Notes under the pieces: generated by a model | Seen by the model: only the letters and a program-made list of their open reading frames with translations | Database searches by the model: none | What the model was told of the DNA's origin: nothing | Shown here: piece after piece, positions 10,460 to 18,703 of the stretch | Numbering within the stretch: the stretch's first letter is position 1 | Layout of the letters: each line of letters begins with the position of its first letter | Translations under genes and position numbers: made by a program | Assembly: GCF_002899675.1 (NCBI RefSeq) | Contig: NZ_PKUU01000025.1 | Span: 48,555 to 112,554 of the forward strand | Reading direction: 5' to 3' | From: Clostridium sp. chh4-2 | GTDB taxonomy: Bacteria; Bacillota; Clostridia; Lachnospirales; Lachnospiraceae | DNA: 64,000 nt

Positions 10460-11479
10460 ATGAGTATTACATTAGAAAACAGGGTATTAGGGTCTCTTTA
10501 CGGCATGGCCACCGGAGACGCATTGGGGGTTCCGTCATCCACTTATCCGCAGAAGCAGGTGGAGGACACATGGGGCTGGATCGACACCTTTTATCCGCCC
10601 GCTCCGGGACACATTTTCCACGACGGCTTAAAGTCCGGAGAATATACCGATGACACGGAACAGGCGCTGGCGCTGATGCATTCATTCATCCGCAACAAAA
10701 AAGTGGTTCCCCACGATGTAGTAAATGAAATCATCAAATGGGCGGACCGTGTGAAAGGAAAATATGCCAGCCCGTTGGGCCCCAGCACCGAACGCGCGTT
10801 AAAGGCCATCCGGGAAGGCGCCGATATCCATACTTCAGGTATAAACGGCAATACAAACGGTTCCGCTATGAGAATCAGCCCGGTGGGCATCATTCACGGA
10901 ATCAGGAAGTCCGGCTGTGAAGACCTGGTAAAAGACGTTTACATGACCTGTATGCCGACCCATAACACCGATGTCTGCGTATCCTCTGCCGCCGCAATCG
11001 CAAGAGGTGTTGCAGTATGCCTGATGGGAGAAACGGATCTGGACAAGATCGTGCTGGAAACTCAGAAAGCCGCCGACTTAGGCGCCGCTTACGGCAATAA
11101 AATCTGTGCGCCGTCCATTTCCAAAAGAATTGCCCATGCCTGTGAGATCGTAAAGAAAGCGGAAACTCCAAAACAGGCCCTGAAAGATCTTTATGATATC
11201 TACGCGGGGATGGATTTGGCCGCCGATTCCATACCGGTTGCCGTAGCTCTTTTTGTTCTCGGCAAAGGCAATGTAAAACTGGTCAATGAATACTGCGTGA
11301 ATTTCGGCGGAGACTGCGATACCAACGCAGCTATGGCCGGAGCTATGGCCGGAGCCTATTCGGGAATCGAAACTGTGCCTGCGGATTGGGTAGAGACCAT
11401 TAATAAAGTGAATGATATCGATTTGTCGGTCTATGTACCGCAGCTGATCGAACTGGCAAAGGACTGGACGGTAGCATAA
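10460..11479 (+). CDS. ADP-ribosylglycohydrolase (ARH/DraG) family protein
   Basis: LGSLYGMATGDALGVP N-terminal signature and C-terminal ...GGDCDTNAAMAGAMAGA Mg-binding region. Confidence 0.8.
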   Translation: MSITLENRVLGSLYGMATGDALGVPSSTYPQKQVEDTWGWIDTFYPPAPGHIFHDGLKSGEYTDDTEQALALMHSFIRNKKVVPHDVVNEIIKWADRVKGKYASPLGPSTERALKAIREGADIHTSGINGNTNGSAMRISPVGIIHGIRKSGCEDLVKDVYMTCMPTHNTDVCVSSAAAIARGVAVCLMGETDLDKIVLETQKAADLGAAYGNKICAPSISKRIAHACEIVKKAETPKQALKDLYDIYAGMDLAADSIPVAVALFVLGKGNVKLVNEYCVNFGGDCDTNAAMAGAMAGAYSGIETVPADWVETINKVNDIDLSVYVPQLIELAKDWTVA

Positions 11480-11582
11480 GGAAAAGAGCGGAGTCCGGCG
11501 TCAGAAGATTAAAATGGAATATATTAGCAATACTTATATATAATAGTTAAAACAAAATATGACTAATTAATACTTTCCTTCT

Positions 11583-11611
11583 TGAGAAACTTTACCATTG
11601 TGCTATAATCA
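11583..11611 (+). promoter_or_regulatory. Sigma-70-type promoter with extended -10 (TTGAGA-N17-TGcTATAAT)
   Basis: cttcTTGAGAaactttaccattgTGcTATAATcaag; it lies upstream of a terminator hairpin and the MtmB-like operon. Confidence 0.45.
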
Positions 11612-11640
11612 AGTTAATTGATAAAGTTTGGCAAGTAAAT

Positions 11641-11703
11641 AAAAGGACGGGAAGCCTGATTGTAATTCTAAAATTTCAATCAGGCCTCCCGTCCTTTTTT
11701 TAT
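11641..11703. terminator. Strong rho-independent hairpin (possible attenuator of the MtmB-like operon and/or terminator of the ARH gene)
   Basis: ggacgggaagcctgattg / caatcaggcctcccgtcc 18-bp stem (1 mismatch) followed by TTTTTTT; A-run upstream. Confidence 0.75.
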
Positions 11704-11756
11704 TTCATAAAAAATGCGATATAAAAACAATTCACGAAGGAAGAAGGAGGAAGCAC

Positions 11757-13133
11757 ATGACAGCAAAAGAGTATCTGTCGATTTGGCAAAGAGGGGAAGA
11801 AGGAGAGAAGGTATCAAAAGAGGACTGGGATCTGGATTACATTGTGGATGGAGTTCGGGAACTGGTGGAAGATTATGATTTTACCTGGGACAAACAGGTG
11901 ATCATCCCGACTGAGGACAAGCTGTTTGATGACATGTTTGAAGCCGCAAAGAAATTCCTGGCTCACAATGGTGTGTTCAACATGTCCACCGGACGCATTA
12001 TGTCTCTGTCTGAAGAGGAGATAGAAGAGGGGATCAGTAATATGAAGACCTCTCTTGTGATGGGAGAGGGAAAAGACGCGGTGACCTTAATCGCAAGGGA
12101 AGTGGAGGACAGAAGAGAACCCTTAGTATGGGCCGGAAATCCCGGATGTCCCACGCCGGAACGCCTCTATTATCCCATCATTTTAAGCTCTGCCAAAGAG
12201 CCTGTGATCGACCTTTTAACCTGCGGTTCTCTGGTGGATGTGGACGGCTATCAGGTAAAAAGCGGGGCGCCCACAGAACTGATTGCGGTCAGAAGAGAGC
12301 TGGAATATCTTCATAAAGCCCTTGCGGAAGCAGGAAAACCCGGCATGGGGCTTTTGGCGGCAGAAAGCGCGGTGACGGAGATGGGAGATCTGGCGGCTTC
12401 CTGTGAAAAACGCCTCCGTCCTTGTGATTCCCACCTGACTGCCATGTTCAATGAACTGATCGTGGATAACGGAAACCTTGTGAGAGCAGCCAATTCTCTG
12501 GATTACGGAATGAGAAATGCTTCTCTGGCCTGTACCATGGTGGGCGGCCTTGCCGGAGATGCCCCGGGGGCCACTGTGGTTATGATCGCTTCCATGCTGG
12601 CGGCCAATATCGTGTATATGGCGGATTACCATCTCTGCCATCCGATCCACATCCGGGATATCGCCACAACGGCAAGAGGCTGCCTCTGGCTTCAGGCGGT
12701 GCTCTGCCAGACATTTGCCAAAAAAGCTCCTGCGATCATCGTATGCGATCTGTGGCCTGCAAGCGGCGCTTATACAAAGGAACTCTTATACGAAGTGGCA
12801 GCCAATTCCATCGTGGTATCCGTATGCGGCGGACATCTGGAAGGGGTTGGATCAGCCAACGGGAACCTGCCTAATGGAACCGGTCTGGAAGTGCGCCTGA
12901 TGGGAGAAGTGGGAAAAGCCGTCGCAAGACAGGGCATGACCCGGGAAAGGGCCAATGAGATCGTATTAAAACTACTGGAAAAATACGAACATGTATTTTC
13001 CATGGAAGGCGGAAATCCGGGCCGCAGCTTTGAAGAATCTTATAACATGGAAACAATCGAGCCGGTGGAAGGATGGCTGAAGATGTATGAGGAAGTGAAA
13101 CAGGAACTGGCAGAGATGGGGATTGAGTTTTAG
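11757..13133 (+). CDS. Monomethylamine methyltransferase MtmB-family homolog lacking pyrrolysine (non-Pyl MtmB-like methyltransferase)
   Basis: 458 aa, the same length as MtmB. Shared blocks: EDWDL..IPTEDK, AGKPGMGLLAAE (MtmB AGRPGMGV-Pyl-GPE), HLCHPIHIRD (WHLDGPVHIRW), EVRLMGEV (EARMMGEV), C-terminal ...EEVKQELAEMGIEF (...KKLEDLGLVF). The ORF is uninterrupted, with Leu at the Pyl position. aaggagg RBS. Confidence 0.75.
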   Translation: MTAKEYLSIWQRGEEGEKVSKEDWDLDYIVDGVRELVEDYDFTWDKQVIIPTEDKLFDDMFEAAKKFLAHNGVFNMSTGRIMSLSEEEIEEGISNMKTSLVMGEGKDAVTLIAREVEDRREPLVWAGNPGCPTPERLYYPIILSSAKEPVIDLLTCGSLVDVDGYQVKSGAPTELIAVRRELEYLHKALAEAGKPGMGLLAAESAVTEMGDLAASCEKRLRPCDSHLTAMFNELIVDNGNLVRAANSLDYGMRNASLACTMVGGLAGDAPGATVVMIASMLAANIVYMADYHLCHPIHIRDIATTARGCLWLQAVLCQTFAKKAPAIIVCDLWPASGAYTKELLYEVAANSIVVSVCGGHLEGVGSANGNLPNGTGLEVRLMGEVGKAVARQGMTRERANEIVLKLLEKYEHVFSMEGGNPGRSFEESYNMETIEPVEGWLKMYEEVKQELAEMGIEF

Positions 13134-13159
13134 GCTTTGTGCACAAAGGAGAAAATGAG

Positions 13160-14713
13160 ATGAAAACGAATAATATCAGCCTGTTTAAAAGAGAAGACGT
13201 GGGCGGAGTTGTCTATGCATTTGTGGGAAATCTGGTTAACTATATTATCATTATCTATGCTTTAAAAGGGATCGGCTGGACGGATGATATCATCTATGGA
13301 AGGGTGGTTCCGGGCCTGTCCATCGGGCTCATGGCCAGCGGAATCGTCTATGCGGTTATGGGATGGAATCTGGCTAAGAAAACAGGAAAAAATGACGTGA
13401 CCGCTCTTCCGTCAGGCGTGTCCACACCGGCCATGTTTGTCTATCTGTACGGAGTCATTTATCCCCTGTCTTATGCGGGACTTGCGCCGGAAGAGTGCTG
13501 GACCGCTGCTGTGGCCGCATGTTTCCTGGGCGGAGCAATCGAACTTCTGGGCGGTTTTGTTGGACCTTATATCAGAAAATACGTTCCAAGAGCGGCCATG
13601 CTGGGAAACGTGGCAGGAATCGGACTGGTTTGGATGGCTACGGTAGGCTTATTCGAAGTTTACCATGATCCAATTCTGGGCATGCCGGTACTGCTGATCG
13701 CATTAATCGGTTTAATCGGCGGTTATGTGTTTAAGAAAAAGATTCCTATGCTTTTGGTATCCGTGGTATTTGGCGTGGTCTATGCAATCTGTCTCGGACG
13801 GGTGAACGTGGATACGTCCACCATCGGCTTTGTTGTGCCGTTTTTCTCAGGCGCTCATATTATAGCGGGATTTAAGATGATCGTGCCGTATCTGGGCATC
13901 ATCATCCCCATCGAAGTGTATAATTTCATCGAAACAATGGACAATGTGGAGTCTTCCATAGCTGCAGGAGATGAATACAATGTGGGCCATGCCCAGATCG
14001 CAGACGGCTGCTGTACCATGCTTTCCGCTTTATTCGGCGGCATTATTCCAAACACCGTATGGCTTGGCCATCCCGGACTGAAAAAGAGCGGTTCAGGAAT
14101 CGGTTTTTCCTGGGTGACCGGACTGCTTTTCGGAGCTTCCGCTTTGTTTGGCGTTTATGGGTTCTTCGATTCCCTGATGCCTGCGGTAATCGCTTCCATA
14201 ACCTTTTTATGGTGCGCAATTCTCATGGTGGTTCAGTCCTTTACCGATGTTCCGAGAAGACATGGGGCCGCGGTGGCAATTGCACTGATCCCTCATATTG
14301 CGGATGTGCTCTATACTTATGTGAGAGATGCGCTGGGAAGCTTCGGCATATTCATTGAAGAAGGACTGACTATGAACTCTTCCGATCAATTTTCTCAGGC
14401 AATGCTGGATTACGGCGTGACCTGGCACGGTGTTTATGCGATGAGAAGCGGAGCGATCCTAACCAGCATTATGTGGGGCGCTGCCGTGGTATTTATCATC
14501 GACCGCAGACTTGATAAAGCGGCATATGCGCTGGTAATTGCCTCAGTGCTTTCCTTTTTCGGTTTCATGCATTCCACCGGGCTGGGCTGCGGCCTGAATA
14601 CCATGAATTTCCCGTATGCGGTGGGCTATTTAATCAGTGCGGTCATTTGCTTCATCATTCATAAAACACAGAAGAAACTGATGGATGTGCCGCGCAGATA
14701 CGATTACGTATAA
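13160..14713 (+). CDS. Polytopic permease, NCS2/AzgA-like (xanthine/uracil/vitamin C permease superfamily), putative substrate importer for the MtmB-like enzyme
   Basis: About 518 aa with 12 or more predicted TM segments; N-terminal LFKREDVGG...AF.GNLVNY resembles the AzgA/PbuG start; aaaggag RBS before ATG 13160 (the track start at 13139 is GTG). Confidence 0.45.
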   Translation: MKTNNISLFKREDVGGVVYAFVGNLVNYIIIIYALKGIGWTDDIIYGRVVPGLSIGLMASGIVYAVMGWNLAKKTGKNDVTALPSGVSTPAMFVYLYGVIYPLSYAGLAPEECWTAAVAACFLGGAIELLGGFVGPYIRKYVPRAAMLGNVAGIGLVWMATVGLFEVYHDPILGMPVLLIALIGLIGGYVFKKKIPMLLVSVVFGVVYAICLGRVNVDTSTIGFVVPFFSGAHIIAGFKMIVPYLGIIIPIEVYNFIETMDNVESSIAAGDEYNVGHAQIADGCCTMLSALFGGIIPNTVWLGHPGLKKSGSGIGFSWVTGLLFGASALFGVYGFFDSLMPAVIASITFLWCAILMVVQSFTDVPRRHGAAVAIALIPHIADVLYTYVRDALGSFGIFIEEGLTMNSSDQFSQAMLDYGVTWHGVYAMRSGAILTSIMWGAAVVFIIDRRLDKAAYALVIASVLSFFGFMHSTGLGCGLNTMNFPYAVGYLISAVICFIIHKTQKKLMDVPRRYDYV

Positions 14714-14727
14714 GGAGGAAATGGAAC

Positions 14728-14997
14728 ATGGATGCAAAATGTGTGAGAGTATTAAGACCCTATGACGATTCAGATAATCATAAAAGAGTGGTATATATTG
14801 ACGAAGATGCCAGATATTCTTTGATGAAGCAGTGGGGAGACACCGTCTTTATCAGAGGCAGAAGGGACATTAAAGACGTTGAGATACAGCCCTTAAAAGC
14901 GATGGACCAGGAAGGATTTATCGCAAGGATGGGGAAGGATCTTTTGGATGAGGTGTACGTGGAATACGGGGAAGAGGTTATGCTGAGCAGGGAATAA
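14728..14997 (+). CDS. Small (89 aa) hypothetical protein, possibly a CDC48-N/VAT-N-like double-psi beta-barrel, translationally coupled to the permease
   Basis: aaggagga RBS 8 nt upstream; VRVLRPYDD...RVVYIDEDARYSL..GDTVFIRG pattern reminiscent of VAT-N. Confidence 0.35.
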   Translation: MDAKCVRVLRPYDDSDNHKRVVYIDEDARYSLMKQWGDTVFIRGRRDIKDVEIQPLKAMDQEGFIARMGKDLLDEVYVEYGEEVMLSRE

Positions 14998-15036
14998 AAA
15001 GACTTTGTGACGGCGAAAATACGCCGGAAAAGAGGT

Positions 15037-15086
15037 GGGATCGGGAATGGGCCGGAGATGCGGCTCATTCCCGATCCTTTTCGTTT
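15037..15086 (+). terminator. Rho-independent terminator closing the MtmB-like operon
   Basis: gggatcgggaatg / cattcccgatcc stem followed by ttttcgtttcc. Confidence 0.65.
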
Positions 15087-15628
15087 CCGGCTGTTTTTCG
15101 GCAGCATTTTGTAATGGAAAGATTTCCTTCACAAAAGAGGAGAAATATGTTAGAATAACGGTTAAACGAAAAAATACGATCTGTCTGTTAAAGCGGGGAT
15201 TTCAAACATGAAATCCTAATTCGCAAGAGTTTCTATTATGGATAAAAATCTGGTATCCTATCATCCTATCTATCTTTCAAAAAGAATTTGGTTCCTATCA
15301 AATTTGATCCTAAAAAATCCAATTATTTTATACGAATCCTATAATGAATCTACATTCTTTTTTGCGGTATCTGACCGCTTTCTTTGGGCCGTTTCGGCCG
15401 CAGTTTTCCATTAAATGATGTTACTATGGTTTTTAGAAAAATCCTGCACGTTTAGAAGTGCTTATGCCCGAAAACGGAACAGGAAAGGCCGTATAAACTG
15501 CCGGAGCCAGGCCGGACAGCAGAGATTCCCGGAGCTGTGAATAATAACTAAATGATCAAAAATGCAGGAGGTGATGCAGAGCGTAACTTGATTCTGTCAA
15601 AAAAAGATAATATAATGAGGAGAGACAA

Positions 15629-16483
15629 ATGAATACAGAATATTTGCAGTGGCATCCCGCTTTTTATGCTGCGGCTCAGATCGAGTTTTCAGAAGAACGG
15701 GAAAAGCTTTATTTTGAAGACGAACACCAGCTCAGCAAAAAGCCGTTATTGATCGACACTCTGATTATAAAAGTCAGAAATGGCGGCCGGATACGGAAAA
15801 ATATTGGAAAGATTTTCAGAGAGCATAATATTATAGAATATAAGAGCCCTGAAGATTATCTCAGCATTAACGATTATTATAAGGTGCTGGGGTATGCGTG
15901 TCTATATCAGGCCGATACGGAACGGGTCTGCCAGATATCGCCGGAAGAGATCACAATCACCTTTGTATGTACCCATTTCCCCAAAAAACTGGTGTCGTAT
16001 CTGATCAATCAGAAAAAATTAACGGTTACCTGTGAGGAGGCGGGAATTTACTACATAGAGGGAGCTGTTTTTCCGATGCAGATGATTGTGGTCAGCCGGC
16101 TGTCACCGGAACATAATTTCTGGCTGAGCCGTTTGAGAAAAGATTTAACAATAACCGATGATATCGAAAAATTGGCAAGGGAATACAGGACGAAAAGAAA
16201 CAGTCCGCTGTATTCGGCGGTTATGGATGTACTGATGAGAGCAAACCATGATGCGGTAGAGGAGGCGAAAGATATGTGCGATGCGATCAGAGAGTTGTTT
16301 GCAGATGAATTGAAGGCTGGAATGGAGAAAGGAATCGAGCAGGGAATTGAATGCGGCATAGAGCGTGGAATTGCCAGGGCCAAAACGGTTTTTCGCATGC
16401 ATGCCCAAGGCAGCACGCCGGAGGAGATTGCCAAAGCATGTGGAATTACAACAGATGAAGTTCAAAAAATCTTGACAGATTAG
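15629..16483 (+). CDS. Rpn/YhgA-family PD-(D/E)XK recombination-promoting nuclease / putative transposase (TIGR01784-like)
   Basis: 284 aa; C-terminal Gly-Ile-Glu repeats (EKGIEQGIECGIERGIARA) characteristic of this family. Confidence 0.6.
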   Translation: MNTEYLQWHPAFYAAAQIEFSEEREKLYFEDEHQLSKKPLLIDTLIIKVRNGGRIRKNIGKIFREHNIIEYKSPEDYLSINDYYKVLGYACLYQADTERVCQISPEEITITFVCTHFPKKLVSYLINQKKLTVTCEEAGIYYIEGAVFPMQMIVVSRLSPEHNFWLSRLRKDLTITDDIEKLAREYRTKRNSPLYSAVMDVLMRANHDAVEEAKDMCDAIRELFADELKAGMEKGIEQGIECGIERGIARAKTVFRMHAQGSTPEEIAKACGITTDEVQKILTD

Positions 16484-16564
16484 TAAGAGGTGCTTGTGGG
16501 AAAAGACGAGATTGACAGACAGATTGAATTACAAAGGAAAATACGGGAACGGAGACAAAAGAGG

Positions 16565-17209
16565 ATGAAGCGCCTGCGCCGGAAGAGGAGGATTCTGATC
16601 GCCGTTTTGGCAGGGATCTTTTTGGTCATCCTCTTAGGCATTGTCTGGCTGGTGGAGGTAATACGAAAGCCGAAGCAGGTGGATTTGGATACGGTTGAAA
16701 TGCCAAGCTGGATCGAGCAGAATTTTATCAGGGTCAATGAGTTTTCCAGGCCCGGTAAAAAGCTGGAACGGGTCAACGGCATTGTCATTCACTATGTGGG
16801 AAATCCCGGCACTACCGCCATGCAGAACAGGAATTATTTCGACAGTTTGGCGGATCAGACCGGAGATAATAAGGTATCGGTGAGCAGCAATTTCATCATC
16901 GGATTGGAAGGTGAGATCGTTCAGTGCATGCCGCTGGACGAAGTGGCATATGCATCCAATCAAAGAAATTCGGACACCATCTCCATCGAATGCTGCCATC
17001 CGGACGCCACAGGAGAATTTACACCGGAAACTTATGAATCCATGGTGAAGCTGACAGCCTGGCTCTGTAAAGAGCTGGATCTGGATGCAGGCGATGTGAT
17101 CCGGCATTATGATATTACTAAGAAAAAATGTCCCCTTTATTTTGTAGACCACAAAGACGCGTGGAAACAGTTCCGGTCGGATGTGAAAAAGAAGATGGGG
17201 GAGAAATAA
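16565..17209 (+). CDS. N-acetylmuramoyl-L-alanine amidase (Amidase_2/PGRP domain) with N-terminal membrane anchor
   Basis: VNGIVIHYVGNPG...SSNFIIGLEGEIVQ...ISIECCHPD; aaaagagg RBS before ATG 16565 (an alternative GTG start at 16490 gives a basic N-terminal extension). Confidence 0.7.
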   Translation: MKRLRRKRRILIAVLAGIFLVILLGIVWLVEVIRKPKQVDLDTVEMPSWIEQNFIRVNEFSRPGKKLERVNGIVIHYVGNPGTTAMQNRNYFDSLADQTGDNKVSVSSNFIIGLEGEIVQCMPLDEVAYASNQRNSDTISIECCHPDATGEFTPETYESMVKLTAWLCKELDLDAGDVIRHYDITKKKCPLYFVDHKDAWKQFRSDVKKKMGEK

Positions 17210-17329
17210 AATGCATTCAGGCGGTATAACCAGACCCTTTCGGAATTTCCGGAAACGGGATTGGCTATACCGCCTGATTCATTACGCCTGGCATGGATTT
17301 TCGCCCATAATTGAGAAAAAACTGAATAA

Positions 17330-18235
17330 TTACGAGGTTTTAATATAGTGAGCTTCCAAAAGCTCCGTCAGATATGCCACGGCAGGATTGTCCATTAGCT
17401 GCGGCTGATAACCGATGATATTATAGCGCTTCATCTGAGGCGACATGGAATACAGATTCACATTCCTCAGCTCGCCGATACAGGAGCCGGGAATAAAAGA
17501 GACACCCACCCCGGTGGAGACCAGGCCGCAGATGGACTGAATATTGTCCATATAGCCGAAGACTTTGGGCCGAAATCCCAAAGGCCGGATTAACGTGTCC
17601 ACAAGCATCTGCATGGAAGACCCTTTTTGTGTCAGAAGAAAGTTGTCATTGGCAAAATAATCCTTCAGGTCCTCTGCTGTGACGCTGTAGCTGAAGCTGG
17701 GATGGATCAGGGAAAAATGATGGCTTTTGGGTACTGCCAGATACAGCTCTTCCGTCCCTAAAAGTTTGCTTTCCTTGAAAAAATCATCGGTGCGGAGTGT
17801 GGTTGCCAGACAGAAGTCCACCTCTTTATCAGCCATCCGCTGCCTCATGGGAAGAGAAAAGCTTTCCGTTATTTCCAGCATAATGCCCGGATACCGTTCC
17901 TTGAAGATGGGAATCACCTTAGTTAACAGGCGGATTGCCCACTGGGAGGTGGTTCCGATGACCAGATGCTCCTGGTAAGATAAGTTTGCAATGTTCTGAT
18001 AGAGCCGCTTTTTCAAACTCATCATGGTCTGGGCGGTCTCTACATAGAGCTCGCCTGCCGGTGTCAGCGTCAGCCCCTTTGCAGTGCGGTAAAAGAGAGG
18101 GGTTCCCACTTCCGTTTCCAGCTTATTTAAATACTGGCTCAGAGACGACTGGGAGACAAACAGCTTATCGGCGGCTTTTCTCATATTCTGTTCTTTTGCA
18201 ATGGTGATGATATATTCCAGATATTTTGTATCCAT
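17330..18235 (-). CDS. LysR-family transcriptional regulator, divergent from the cbi operon
   Basis: MDTKYLEYIITIAKEQNMRKAADKLFVSQSSLSQYLNKLE wHTH; ggaga RBS before ATG at 18235. Confidence 0.8.
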   Translation of the reverse strand: MDTKYLEYIITIAKEQNMRKAADKLFVSQSSLSQYLNKLETEVGTPLFYRTAKGLTLTPAGELYVETAQTMMSLKKRLYQNIANLSYQEHLVIGTTSQWAIRLLTKVIPIFKERYPGIMLEITESFSLPMRQRMADKEVDFCLATTLRTDDFFKESKLLGTEELYLAVPKSHHFSLIHPSFSYSVTAEDLKDYFANDNFLLTQKGSSMQMLVDTLIRPLGFRPKVFGYMDNIQSICGLVSTGVGVSFIPGSCIGELRNVNLYSMSPQMKRYNIIGYQPQLMDNPAVAYLTELLEAHYIKTS

Positions 18236-18703
18236 AACTCTTTTATTCTCCAATCCATCGAATACTTCAGCAGCATTTATTTCAAACAAGCGGTTATGGC
18301 CGCAGTTAAGCCATAGATCGGTGTTTTTATTGTACCATATCCGCTAGCGGCCATGGTATGCTCCGCAGGAATTTAGCGCCTGGATTTCTGCGGTGAACAC
18401 AGAAACCAGTATGCGCAAGTACAATAATCGCTCTGCGATTATTGTACCATACAACCAATACGCCGGGAATGCTAAAAAAGGTTAAAAAATTACAAAGATA
18501 ATACAAGAAAGCAAAAGCTGTGGACGTTAAAATGTATAATATGATATACTGGTTTCTTAGTGGAAATAATGCTGTTCATAACCCCGCGGGCCTCTGCCGT
18601 CAGGCCGGGTTCCGTCGGTTTGCAGCCCCTTTCCGGTTACGGTTTCGGGCATGAGCATTTCTAATATGAAAAAGAGAACCTTCAGGTTCAGGGAGAGATA
18701 AAA

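Noticed and set aside
12340-12375. Possible pyrrolysine (in-frame UAG) in the MtmB-like gene
   Set aside because: The ORF is uninterrupted. The residue aligned to MtmB Pyl (GMGV-O-GPE) is Leu (GMGLLAAE), with no amber codon in frame.
16490-16564. GTG start at 16490 for the amidase, giving a highly basic 25-aa N-terminal extension
   Set aside because: ATG 16565 has a proper RBS (aaaagagg) and starts directly with the MKRLRRKRR-TM signal anchor. The upstream start cannot be excluded but is less likely.
18236-18703. Cobalamin riboswitch upstream of cbiL
   Set aside because: No B12 box (GCCACTG) or the other conserved cores were found by eye. A covariance-model search is needed before it is excluded for certain.
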